Origin: a virus | IMG/VR virus record: IMGVR_UViG_3300045988_116240 | Reading direction: 5' to 3' (one strand) | DNA: 64,000 nucleotides | In this document: one piece after another, positions 44,339 through 53,560 of the stretch | Layout: each line of letters begins with the position of its first letter | Position numbering within the stretch: position 1 is the stretch's first letter | The notes under the pieces: model-generated | Database searches by the model: none | Told to the model about the DNA's origin: nothing | The model's input: only the letters and a program-made list of their open reading frames with translations | Translations under genes and position numbers: made by a program

Positions 44339-44782
44339 ATGACATATGAGTTTGAATATATAAAGGCGATAAATAAATGCGAGATGCTATCCAGCTTCGA
44401 GGGACGTGATCTCGTCGGGGATAGCGGGGAAAGCCTATATCTAAAGATAAAGATAACGGAACAGGACAGGCCTCTTATAAGGACATATCTGGAACAAGCG
44501 GCAAGGTCGTTGGAGGAAGGCATGTCCAAAATCATAACCTCTTCCGCTTACTCGGAAGAAGGGTTCGTATGGGAGGTCAGGACGGAGGATACACGTTGGA
44601 ACGTCAACAGGAAACTGGACGAGAACCTGTTGGACGCTCTGGTTGGTTATTCCATGATGAGTTGGCTTTCTGATCGGAAGCCTGATAGGATAGGGGTTTA
44701 TAAATCTTTGTGGGAGGATATGTCCGTCATGTGCGTGAAGAACATATACAGGAAGAATCCCCCGCTATTAAAAAAAGCATGA
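44339..44782 (+). CDS. hypothetical structural protein (paralogue set 1/3)
   Basis: 147 aa. Shares the pattern W-x-[VIL]-N...L-[AD]-x-[LY]-[IV]-x-[YF]-x-[VM] with the next two genes. Confidence 0.5.
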   Translation: MTYEFEYIKAINKCEMLSSFEGRDLVGDSGESLYLKIKITEQDRPLIRTYLEQAARSLEEGMSKIITSSAYSEEGFVWEVRTEDTRWNVNRKLDENLLDALVGYSMMSWLSDRKPDRIGVYKSLWEDMSVMCVKNIYRKNPPLLKKA

Positions 44783-44783
44783 T

Positions 44784-45311
44784 ATGGACATAAATCTAGG
44801 TTGGACATATTTAAAGCATGACATAGACCAGTGGACGTGGAGGCTGGGAGATATGAGAAAGGAGGATCCCGGTAAAAGATTCTCCTCGCAGTCCGATGAT
44901 AACGAGGCCGATGATACTTTTATAAGACGCAAGATAGAGGAGGCGGTGGCGACCTTAAAGGTTTCCTTGTCCGGTATCTTGGAGGATATGCCCGGCGATT
45001 CGGATGACTCATTGGATACCGATGCCGTGAATTGGGTGTTGCGCATGAAGGATCGTCGTGGAGGATATGATAGTGAGTCATTGGCGACCTTGATCCATAA
45101 ATACGTGGTGTGGTTCGTCCTTTGGAATTGGTGCCTGATTTACTTTGAGGAACTAGCCGGAAAGCTAGAGGAGGAGTTAAAGGGAATAGCGTCCATGATA
45201 GAGGAAACCGCCTATTCAAGGAAAGCCCCGCGAAAGTGCAAGAGGAAGCCGTTTAAGGATATCGATGATGTCATTGTTGATGATGTCATTATAGAAACAG
45301 GAGAAATATGA
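44784..45311 (+). CDS. hypothetical structural protein (paralogue set 2/3)
   Basis: NWVLRMKDRRGGYDSESLATLIHKYVVWFVLWNW resembles EWIINLVMERGWRGDPRRLAVYIHRFVVDSVLSFW in the next gene. Confidence 0.5.
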   Translation: MDINLGWTYLKHDIDQWTWRLGDMRKEDPGKRFSSQSDDNEADDTFIRRKIEEAVATLKVSLSGILEDMPGDSDDSLDTDAVNWVLRMKDRRGGYDSESLATLIHKYVVWFVLWNWCLIYFEELAGKLEEELKGIASMIEETAYSRKAPRKCKRKPFKDIDDVIVDDVIIETGEI

Positions 45312-45823
45312 GAGACAGGAAAATCATACAGCCACGTGTCGATATGCGTGGATTTGAGTTAACGATAACGCTATTGAGGTGCGAGATTGAGTATGACGTG
45401 GATTTCGAGACATGGAAGGTTGGGGATGTATCGGGCCTTCCCGGAAAGGAAAGAGCTGGGCTGGAGACCTCAGAGGAAACGGCGGATTGGATGTTTCGTC
45501 AAGTGAATGACGCGTTGTCGGAGGCTACCGGCCATTTACGGGCGTTTTCCCCTTGGGTTCAGAGCCGTGCCGTAACGGACGAGGTGAAGGATGATAGGGA
45601 ATGGATCATAAACTTGGTGATGGAAAGAGGATGGCGTGGAGATCCGAGGAGATTGGCCGTTTATATCCACCGTTTCGTGGTTGATAGCGTATTATCTTTT
45701 TGGTATAGGATGGTAGATCCATCTAGGGTACAGATGTACGCCTCTCAAAAGGAGGAGGATCGAAGAAATATCATAAACGAGGCAAGGGAGACACAGGTTA
45801 AGGATGTTTATTTCAGATTATAA
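45308..45823 (+). CDS. hypothetical structural protein (paralogue set 3/3)
   Basis: 171 aa, with an ATGA overlap. Confidence 0.5.
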   Translation: MRDRKIIQPRVDMRGFELTITLLRCEIEYDVDFETWKVGDVSGLPGKERAGLETSEETADWMFRQVNDALSEATGHLRAFSPWVQSRAVTDEVKDDREWIINLVMERGWRGDPRRLAVYIHRFVVDSVLSFWYRMVDPSRVQMYASQKEEDRRNIINEARETQVKDVYFRL

Positions 45824-45826
45824 ATC

Positions 45827-46117
45827 ATGGGAAAAGGTTTTGAGAATGGTCACATGAAGATGGGAGGAAGGGAGAAGGGAACCCGGAATAAGAACACGGA
45901 GATAAAGAATTTTTTCCGTGATTTCGTAATCGACAATCAGGAAGAGTTCAAGAAAGCTTTCCTCAAGCTAAAGGATAAGGATAAATGCGCTGTTTATTTA
46001 AAAGCTAGTGAGTTCGTGGTACCAAAGGTATCCTCTATAAAGTTCGAGGACGCTAAAAACACTAATTCCGCTATTGAGTTGTTGAAGGTTGCGGCCAGTT
46101 ACAAGCAAAAAAAATGA
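45827..46117 (+). CDS. small basic protein (DNA-binding / small-terminase-like N-terminus?)
   Basis: MGGREKGTRNKNTEIK is a basic motif of the kind seen at the N-termini of phage DNA-binding proteins. Confidence 0.4.
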   Translation: MGKGFENGHMKMGGREKGTRNKNTEIKNFFRDFVIDNQEEFKKAFLKLKDKDKCAVYLKASEFVVPKVSSIKFEDAKNTNSAIELLKVAASYKQKK

Positions 46118-46147
46118 CATATACCCCCGGCTAGGCCGAGGGGTACT

Positions 46148-48694
46148 TTAACGCATCCTCCAATCCCTTCTAGTCTCGAATCTTACTCTGGTTCCTGATA
46201 ATGTATCTAAATCATATAGGTTTGAGAAATAAACGAGCCGATAGTATTTAAAAGCCCTTTGCCTAAGAGATTTAAGCCGAGACCAATTTTTCCTATCCGC
46301 GCTTACGAATACCGCTATCTTGATTTTCGAGGACTCATCCTTTCGTAAACCCAACGTCCTAAGATCGACTAGTACCTTCAAAGAGAAAGGATCTCCTAAC
46401 GTCAAGGCACGTGTGATCGCTATGCCTTTTCTGGTATCTTCCGAGACATATTTTTCCAGTGAGTACAAGGCGTTACCTATTTGCACTACCGAGCTTGGAT
46501 AATCTTGCGCCATGGCCTTGACCTCTTCCCCTACGAAAGTGGAGAATTCCCCGGTGTCCAAAGAATATACATAATGCTTTCTAGTCCCTTTGGGATAAAT
46601 ATGCAATAGGGAATTCGTATAATCATAGGCAATCTTACAAGCTCGCAATGTCTCTACGAAAGTTTCCGTGTCCGGGATGAAAAGATCGCTAAAATCCGGG
46701 TTGACATTAAAGAATGTCTCATCAATATTTACTCCTTCCAACGATGACGATAAAAGGCTGATATCGGAGCCTTGCAATAATTTAAGGCCACGCTCGGTAC
46801 TGAATACTATCGAGGAATCCAGTTGCGTGATACTATCCGGATTATTGCAAACATCCCTGCTTATAGGTTGGATGGAGGAATACAATCCCGCATCCGATAA
46901 TTGCAAGGCCCATATCCCATCGGAAGAGAAAGCGTATAAGGGAAACTGCCCGAATTGCCCTTGGGACAGTGCTTTAGTGGTGGATCGGATACCTACGATC
47001 TCACCGGTTCCCACCGTGTTTATTCCCGCCAACGGGAAATAAAACGGGTTATTGACCTCGGACGTATATATCTTGTTTGGCATATTGACCGACTTGTCCG
47101 TTGATATTGGTGTGCTATCGCTGCCCGGTTTAAATATGATCGGGGCGTATGAGTCGAAATAGTAAGCCCCGTTCAGCGTGTTATGCGGAGAGAGGGTAAC
47201 GATCGCTTGGTATCCGTCCGAGTTTCGTGTTATCACCATCTTGTATGCGTTAGCGTTGGGGTAATATAGGTAATGCAAATTGATACCAAGGTTATATGAG
47301 GAGGATGTTTGAACGACGATATCCTTTTCTCCTTCTCTTATGAAAACCTTTATGCTCAACGTGCTGCTACCGTCGTTGTACGTTACCATGGACTCCGGAG
47401 GATAACCATCAAATAGTATCCTTTTTATATTAGCTATATTTAACCGCTGGTTATAAGTATAGGAATAATCAGGTATTAGCCAATCTAAATTCTGGTACCC
47501 GTCCGCGTCAACAAGTTGCTCTCGATTTTGCAACGATCCCAGCACATTATCCTCTAAAGTTAGAGAGCGTCTTTCACCCCCGTTATAACCGCACAAGTCC
47601 TCATACGCTATGCTTGCTACTTTGTAAAACAATGAATTATCCGGCACCTTATTATCCATGGCCTTTCCGGGTAAGACGAGTTGATCGGTATAACCTGATC
47701 CCGGCAGGGCTATGGACAAGGCTTCCTCGAATGTATGCCTATTGTAATATCCTCCACCTATAGAGTACACCCCGAAACCGTTATCGTCTGATATCTTTTG
47801 TGCCCCATTAATCTCCCCATAATAATCAAAGGTGTATATTGGCGGCGTTATGAATATATCAAGGCTTTTAACTATGTCCTTCCACCATTCCCTTTGATTC
47901 CCCATTCCGCTGACTTTGTAATTAATGGAGCATACCACTGAGGATATAATGAAGTTTACAATGATCTTTGCGTCAAAATCCTCTGTGTCCACGTCAATAG
48001 TAAATGGAACGTGAGGAGTTACTCCGGACGATGGTATCATCAGTATCGGGGCTGATTGCATGTAAGACGTTCCGTCATATAGTCTATAAGCGTAACGAAT
48101 AAAGAACGGATATATAAACATGCCTCGATCTACACTTCTCTCCCTGATAAATTTTGAGACATATCCCATTACGGAATTACTGATAGTTGATAGTTGATCT
48201 TCCGTAAAGGCTCCATTATAGGGAGGATCAACGGATACGGACAATTGTTCGGTCTTATCCAATGATCCTACCAATCCGAATGACAGGATAGGGAAGGGGG
48301 GCTTATCTCCTAATTCCTTATAAAACTCTCCATCCCAAAGTAAATATCTTATAGGATCTTCGCTTATTACAATCAAGGTGTTTCCTATGGACGTGATAGC
48401 TTTGGGAATTTTGTCATATTGGTTCGCCCCTATAAGATGGGTCGTTCCGTCCGTATCCGCATAGCGTAAAACATTCGTCTGGAAAAAGATATAGTGAAGG
48501 AGATCCTTTGTCCGATGCACGTACATAAGTATCGATCCTTCCGGAAGGGTTATGCCTAGTTCTTTTGGAGGCTGTATATTCACCAGTTCGCCATTCTTTG
48601 GTATCAGATTCACGCATTCTGATAATTCCCCCTCGTTTCCAATAGATGGAGAACGGTGTATCCCATAGGATAATGAAATATCTTGCTGTTCCAT
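46148..48694 (-). CDS. large structural protein (848 aa), function unknown
   Basis: Long ORF with beta-rich composition in a structural neighbourhood. Confidence 0.6.
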   Translation of the reverse strand: MEQQDISLSYGIHRSPSIGNEGELSECVNLIPKNGELVNIQPPKELGITLPEGSILMYVHRTKDLLHYIFFQTNVLRYADTDGTTHLIGANQYDKIPKAITSIGNTLIVISEDPIRYLLWDGEFYKELGDKPPFPILSFGLVGSLDKTEQLSVSVDPPYNGAFTEDQLSTISNSVMGYVSKFIRERSVDRGMFIYPFFIRYAYRLYDGTSYMQSAPILMIPSSGVTPHVPFTIDVDTEDFDAKIIVNFIISSVVCSINYKVSGMGNQREWWKDIVKSLDIFITPPIYTFDYYGEINGAQKISDDNGFGVYSIGGGYYNRHTFEEALSIALPGSGYTDQLVLPGKAMDNKVPDNSLFYKVASIAYEDLCGYNGGERRSLTLEDNVLGSLQNREQLVDADGYQNLDWLIPDYSYTYNQRLNIANIKRILFDGYPPESMVTYNDGSSTLSIKVFIREGEKDIVVQTSSSYNLGINLHYLYYPNANAYKMVITRNSDGYQAIVTLSPHNTLNGAYYFDSYAPIIFKPGSDSTPISTDKSVNMPNKIYTSEVNNPFYFPLAGINTVGTGEIVGIRSTTKALSQGQFGQFPLYAFSSDGIWALQLSDAGLYSSIQPISRDVCNNPDSITQLDSSIVFSTERGLKLLQGSDISLLSSSLEGVNIDETFFNVNPDFSDLFIPDTETFVETLRACKIAYDYTNSLLHIYPKGTRKHYVYSLDTGEFSTFVGEEVKAMAQDYPSSVVQIGNALYSLEKYVSEDTRKGIAITRALTLGDPFSLKVLVDLRTLGLRKDESSKIKIAVFVSADRKNWSRLKSLRQRAFKYYRLVYFSNLYDLDTLSGTRVRFETRRDWRMR

Positions 48695-48781
48695 TTTTTG
48701 CGATAAAATTATATGATATAAGTAATAGGTTTTGACATATTGATCAAAACCTATTGCATTTAGATGGCCTTGATGTGCCTG

Positions 48782-49606
48782 TTATGATGACATGTATTTT
48801 TTTACGACATCCATATTACTAAAGGACATGGATAGAAACCGCACTGAGTCATTCCTTACGCTAGTCAATGCCTCCACGTTGTCTTCAAATGGATTTAACG
48901 ATTTTATGGCGGAGACAAGATCATGCATACAATAGCATGCCAACAATACATACGATCCCATGACCTCTGAATTGTTTTGTTCAGCGGCTTTATGCAATAC
49001 TTTGTCTGCGAATCCCATCTTAACCATATTGCCATTGTCATCTTTTTGATACATAGGTATATCAACTCCCATTTTGTCCTTGAAAAAATCCGCTATGGAT
49101 AAATTAGCCTCTGCTTGTAGGCATCCGTATAGCCTCTCCAAATCTTTCGGGATGGTCTCTTGAACTATATCTGTCCAATCATCACAGACCAACTCCCTTA
49201 TGACTGAGTAAGGCTCAAGCCTGTCATTGGGAATATCCATGACTTTCACGCTTCCATCCTCGTTATAGTCATCGTCATCGCCGCCATATTCATTAACGCT
49301 CTCGACACGTTTCGAGGAAGCGTAATATTTCCAGCTCCCACCAAACTCTGTCAGGTATTCATCCAGTGTTTTTATCCATCCATTCAGCTTGTATATGAAT
49401 TGATGAAGATACATTTCCCACAAGCATGTATCATAAAAAAGATCAATGCAATATCGGCTATTTTCATCATCTTTATGACGAAAAGTACGGGGTGCGGATA
49501 TGATTCTCGCCATATCCAAATTCCCTAACACCTTATTGAAAAAGTTGGCCAATAAACTGTCTTCATCTATGCGTGATAACAGCTCATAAAAAGGTTTATC
49601 TCTCAT
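48782..49606 (-). CDS. hypothetical protein
   Basis: 274-aa ORF. Confidence 0.55.
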   Translation of the reverse strand: MRDKPFYELLSRIDEDSLLANFFNKVLGNLDMARIISAPRTFRHKDDENSRYCIDLFYDTCLWEMYLHQFIYKLNGWIKTLDEYLTEFGGSWKYYASSKRVESVNEYGGDDDDYNEDGSVKVMDIPNDRLEPYSVIRELVCDDWTDIVQETIPKDLERLYGCLQAEANLSIADFFKDKMGVDIPMYQKDDNGNMVKMGFADKVLHKAAEQNNSEVMGSYVLLACYCMHDLVSAIKSLNPFEDNVEALTSVRNDSVRFLSMSFSNMDVVKKYMSS

Positions 49607-49696
49607 TAGGCTGAAATTTTAAGGTTATACAAATCAAGGATGAACTTCTTCCCGGCCTCCGTCCAATACATATGCTGGCGTGTCTTAATCTCATGG

Positions 49697-49882
49697 TTAT
49701 TTATTATTAATAGAATGCTCTAATTCCGTAACCAATGACACATTGCAGATAGCTCTTTGTCTCTGCCACTCAAGAAACTTATTTTGTAATTCCTCGTTTC
49801 CCGAGTCAGATATTAATCTGAGCAGTTCAGATTCTATTTTGCTAAGTTTTTCAACTTCGATTTGATGATTACTTTTACTCAT
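49697..49882 (-). CDS. small hypothetical protein
   Basis: 61-aa ORF in a tightly packed leftward operon. Confidence 0.4.
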   Translation of the reverse strand: MSKSNHQIEVEKLSKIESELLRLISDSGNEELQNKFLEWQRQRAICNVSLVTELEHSINNK

Positions 49883-49888
49883 GATTTC

Positions 49889-50167
49889 TTACGGTTTAGC
49901 TACTAATTTCAATCTATATCCTAAGTTGTTAGTTTTCTCATCCTTATCTATCAGATGAGAGTACAATTCATCCATTATGATATAAAATATCACTTTGGGT
50001 AAAGGCTTTTGAAGGTAATTTGCGAAGTCTTCAAACAATAAATGTTTTGGGGTTACTTCTTCTATTTCTTCAAAACATTCATGTAGTGGCTTAAATTGTA
50101 AGCCATGTTTTTGGGGATTTGTCAGCAATTCTTTATATGCATTGACTGTTTCAGGTGATAATACCAT
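49889..50167 (-). CDS. hypothetical protein
   Basis: 92-aa ORF. Confidence 0.45.
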   Translation of the reverse strand: MVLSPETVNAYKELLTNPQKHGLQFKPLHECFEEIEEVTPKHLLFEDFANYLQKPLPKVIFYIIMDELYSHLIDKDEKTNNLGYRLKLVAKP

Positions 50168-50181
50168 AAATTCATCATTTA

Positions 50182-50403
50182 TTAATGTTGTACTAACTCT
50201 AACTCTGATTCAAAAAATTCCTCGAAATACATTTTCCCGTTAGGATAATGGAGCATAACACAATAAAGGTTTTCTTTACGTGCCCCATCTTTGGTTTTAA
50301 CTAAAGACTTTTCTTCCACGACTTCAGCGATAACGCCGACTTCCGACTTATGCCTTTCGTTCGTACACCACACATGTTGTTTTATTTTATATTTTGTTGC
50401 CAT
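50182..50403 (-). CDS. hypothetical protein
   Basis: 73-aa ORF. Confidence 0.45.
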   Translation of the reverse strand: MATKYKIKQHVWCTNERHKSEVGVIAEVVEEKSLVKTKDGARKENLYCVMLHYPNGKMYFEEFFESELELVQH

Positions 50404-50417
50404 GATTTATTTATTTG

Positions 50418-50630
50418 TTACCATTCTATTATTAATCCATAATCCCCTCGGAGCCATTCTCCTTGATAGACTTTGAATCCTTGTCTCATGAGTTCAAGTT
50501 TGCACTCATCGGAGAAGTATACCCAATGCGGGAAAAATATTTTATACTCGTTTTGTTTATTCGCTTCTTTTATAGCATTATATATCTGATCTAACGATGG
50601 TGAGTTTTTTTCTAATTCTCTAGCTTCCAT
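50418..50630 (-). CDS. hypothetical protein
   Basis: 70-aa ORF. Confidence 0.45.
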   Translation of the reverse strand: MEARELEKNSPSLDQIYNAIKEANKQNEYKIFFPHWVYFSDECKLELMRQGFKVYQGEWLRGDYGLIIEW

Positions 50631-50836
50631 ATATTTTTTTAATTATGAGCCTCCCATGAAGGCTCGGTTAATACTATTCATTTTTGCTACGTTTCTCGAT
50701 CATATAAATATTTTTACCATCATTTACCGTGACCAGAAATAACTTATCGCAATTTAGACATTTGCAATTATATAACCCACAGAGAAAAGATCCCTTTATG
50801 TATCTAGTCGAATGACAGAATGGGCATTTTATTGAA

Positions 50837-51202
50837 TTATCCATGATTTTCAGGTATTATCATCCAGTGTGTAATGTCTTCATCATCAACATGACCATTT
50901 GACAAAGCCCACATACTTTTATTATATCCTTTATTCTCTCTTAACCAGCCTAAGACAAGATGTCTTATAGAATTTATATCAAATAACAGAACCTCTTCTC
51001 CGGGTGGCGGTAGCCGATCCTTCACGCTTATCCACGGAGATTTCTTTGCCTGCCATTCGGCACCGGCTTTGAAAGCATTTATCATATCTATATCATCATA
51101 AGGATAGTCTAATGATGATTGACAATTAGCGATCCTACATCTATTGGAAAATAATTTTGCTGCTTCTTCTACTGTCTGTCCCATATCAATATTTCTTTCC
51201 AT
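50837..51202 (-). CDS. DUF551-like protein
   Basis: WISVKDRLPPPGEEVLLFD resembles the DUF551 core (W.s..d.lP..g..VL). Confidence 0.45.
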   Translation of the reverse strand: MERNIDMGQTVEEAAKLFSNRCRIANCQSSLDYPYDDIDMINAFKAGAEWQAKKSPWISVKDRLPPPGEEVLLFDINSIRHLVLGWLRENKGYNKSMWALSNGHVDDEDITHWMIIPENHG

Positions 51203-51773
51203 GTTTATTCTCCCTTAATTCGTTGTATTTCATTTTCTGCTCGATGTGCCATAGGAGATCTATATACAGTAAATCTGCGTTAAGAAATATAACTACGATC
51301 GAAGCCTTGATTACTTCCGCTATATCCCCATCGTTGGTTAGGATAGATGTTAAAAAGAACATCCTCTCAGTAAAAGACATTTCCTTTAAAGCATCATCCC
51401 AGTCTTTATATTCCGGCTCTTTCATGAAATCGTAGATATCTTCAAGGCTGATATCTAACGATCCGGCAAGGTCTAGCAAGCGGATAACCGCATCTGAAAG
51501 TTCATCCTCCACGGTATCCTTAATATACCTATTGAATACGTTAATAAACTTTTCTTCAGTTGTTAACCACCCTTGACACTCTGCATATTCACCGAGTTTA
51601 TGCTTTTCTTTATCAAAGCGCCTATTTTTCCTATCCGCTTCCACGGCTTCCATCAGCTCACTGATAACAAGACAAAGGAAATGCTCGTTAATTAACTCTG
51701 TATTGTGAAACCCATGCGCACATGCGCATTTGTACGCACGGTCACGGAGTGCGTTGAAATCAATCTTGCTCAT
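51186..51773 (-). CDS. MazG-like nucleotide pyrophosphohydrolase
   Basis: LCLVISELMEAVEADRK and DELSDAVIRLLDLAG are the two EExxE/D-type helices typical of phage MazG-family proteins. Confidence 0.6.
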   Translation of the reverse strand: MSKIDFNALRDRAYKCACAHGFHNTELINEHFLCLVISELMEAVEADRKNRRFDKEKHKLGEYAECQGWLTTEEKFINVFNRYIKDTVEDELSDAVIRLLDLAGSLDISLEDIYDFMKEPEYKDWDDALKEMSFTERMFFLTSILTNDGDIAEVIKASIVVIFLNADLLYIDLLWHIEQKMKYNELRENKHGKKY

Positions 51774-52068
51774 ATTTATTTCTCCTTTTTATAACTTTTA
51801 CAAATGTTACTTCTTGATCCGGATTTTCTTCCTCAAACCTAAATTTCTCGTTATAGAAGTCTATGAGTTCATCGAGGTCTGTAAATTCCTTTTCCACGTT
51901 ATCGATGTAGTATGTCGTTTTTGGCTTGCCGTATGATAGCTCGTGTTTTCTTGGGGTGATAGTAACAGCGGAAATCTTGTTAACGTCATCCCTGTACTTA
52001 ACGATTCCACTACCTTCCATAGACATACAGGACAATATCCTTAATTGTAAATCATCACGTGTGATCAT
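51760..52068 (-). CDS. hypothetical protein
   Basis: 102-aa ORF. Confidence 0.45.
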   Translation of the reverse strand: MITRDDLQLRILSCMSMEGSGIVKYRDDVNKISAVTITPRKHELSYGKPKTTYYIDNVEKEFTDLDELIDFYNEKFRFEEENPDQEVTFVKVIKRRNKYEQD

Positions 52069-52522
52069 GGTTACCTCCTTTCAGTAGTTCGGGATTGTCA
52101 TACACTGAGCCTATAACACTTCCTTGGCACACCTCTGAGTCTAGCAGTTCACATGGATTAACCCCATCTAGGGATATGCACCATCCTGTATGTTCATATA
52201 TATCAATTATTTTTAGAAACTCTCTTTTCTCTTCATGTTTCCATGTTGAGAATATAACGGCATAAATACGTCCGCTTGGAGCTTTTATTAAATCCCCCTC
52301 GTAAATCTCCTTTCCGTTCTTGTCTTTTAGGCCTGTGTACTGGCCTACGGTAGTTTCATCAACATAAGGTGTTTTATCATAGTTTTCATTAAAATGATAA
52401 CCGTCATCAATGAATTGTCCATGAACACCAATAGCTGTTTCTCCATCATTCCATTGCAATAAATCTCCATACACCCACTCTTTAGTATTAAGATTCTTCC
52501 CTCTGAATTTAATCTCACGCAT
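52055..52522 (-). CDS. YopX-family protein
   Basis: MREIKFRGKNLNTKEWVYGDL is a typical YopX N-terminus. Confidence 0.6.
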   Translation of the reverse strand: MREIKFRGKNLNTKEWVYGDLLQWNDGETAIGVHGQFIDDGYHFNENYDKTPYVDETTVGQYTGLKDKNGKEIYEGDLIKAPSGRIYAVIFSTWKHEEKREFLKIIDIYEHTGWCISLDGVNPCELLDSEVCQGSVIGSVYDNPELLKGGNHDHT

Positions 52523-53132
52523 TTGATCCTCCTTTCTCTAAAATATCCTTACAAGCCTTGCTATCGCACCTTACCGGTTTTTGATGGAAAGCGCACCAAG
52601 CGCCCCCGTTTGCGTCTTCATCCTCGATAAGTCGGCAATCACCGCATTTATCTGTTAGGTATTTCTTGTCAAGGTATCCTTCCTTGATAAGCCATTCAAT
52701 CATATTCACAACAGCATCTAAGACATTCTTTTTCATAACCTCATGCTTGCAGTCGTATCCCAGTTCTGTGTATTGGATGAACCAATACACGCTATCTTTT
52801 GTGATTTCCAACCTTAAATCGGGTCGGTTGCGTTGTGAAATCGAGGCAGGAAGCATGTCTATCATCTTGGATAGAGACCAAGCGGGACAATCGTCTTGAT
52901 ATGAATGATCGTAATCAGGGCTATCTCTAAGAAGTACACTTTCTGTCAAAGTGTATGTCTCTCCATATACATCATAGAAAAACTTTCCTTTTTCGTCTTT
53001 ACGGATATCCTCCCATGGCGCTATATTGCTTTCATCGTCAACATATAGTAAAACCATGTCCGCCGTCTCCGGTCTCACCCCGACCTCTAATAGCCGGGAT
53101 GATTGTTCTTTATTCGTGCAAATTTGATTCAT
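52515..53132 (-). CDS. hypothetical protein with C-terminal Cys cluster
   Basis: 205-aa ORF with CGDCRL...CAFHQKPVRCDSKAC. Confidence 0.5.
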   Translation of the reverse strand: MNQICTNKEQSSRLLEVGVRPETADMVLLYVDDESNIAPWEDIRKDEKGKFFYDVYGETYTLTESVLLRDSPDYDHSYQDDCPAWSLSKMIDMLPASISQRNRPDLRLEITKDSVYWFIQYTELGYDCKHEVMKKNVLDAVVNMIEWLIKEGYLDKKYLTDKCGDCRLIEDEDANGGAWCAFHQKPVRCDSKACKDILEKGGSNA

Positions 53133-53171
53133 GTTATAATTCGTTGTTAAAATATTCCTTATTATCCATAT

Positions 53172-53318
53172 TTATCCCTCATGAATAACCACGCATTCAA
53201 TTTGTTCCTCAAACGTAACGTCCACTATATCGTAGGTATAGTCATCGGATGTTTGTATAACGACCTCCGCTTCCGGGTCTTGCTCTTGGAGAAGAGCGAT
53301 TAGTTCTTTATTTCTCAT
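53172..53318 (-). CDS. small acidic hypothetical protein (48 aa)
   Basis: Hand-found ORF MRNKELIALLQEQDPEAEVVIQTSDDYTYDIVDVTFEEQIECVVIHEG that fills an otherwise empty gap. Confidence 0.35.
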   Translation of the reverse strand: MRNKELIALLQEQDPEAEVVIQTSDDYTYDIVDVTFEEQIECVVIHEG

Positions 53319-53323
53319 GACTG

Positions 53324-53560
53324 TTATTTTATTTCCTCATTAATAAAATCCTTCATCTCTTCATCGTAAACCCCGCTGTCACGCTGGAGCTCCAAGCATT
53401 TATCCTTGGAAAAATTGGCCTCCCTAGCTATATTAGCGGCCATAGATGGTGCCCTTAGCTCGACAACGAGCATCTGTATGGCGTACCATACGCCTCTGCA
53501 AAAGTCTAAATCGTTCATGTTGTTATATTTGATCTTATCATAGATGAATGCATCTTTCAA
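53324..53560 (-). CDS. hypothetical protein
   Basis: 78-aa ORF. Its start directly abuts the stop of the methyltransferase gene. Confidence 0.45.
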   Translation of the reverse strand: MKDAFIYDKIKYNNMNDLDFCRGVWYAIQMLVVELRAPSMAANIAREANFSKDKCLELQRDSGVYDEEMKDFINEEIK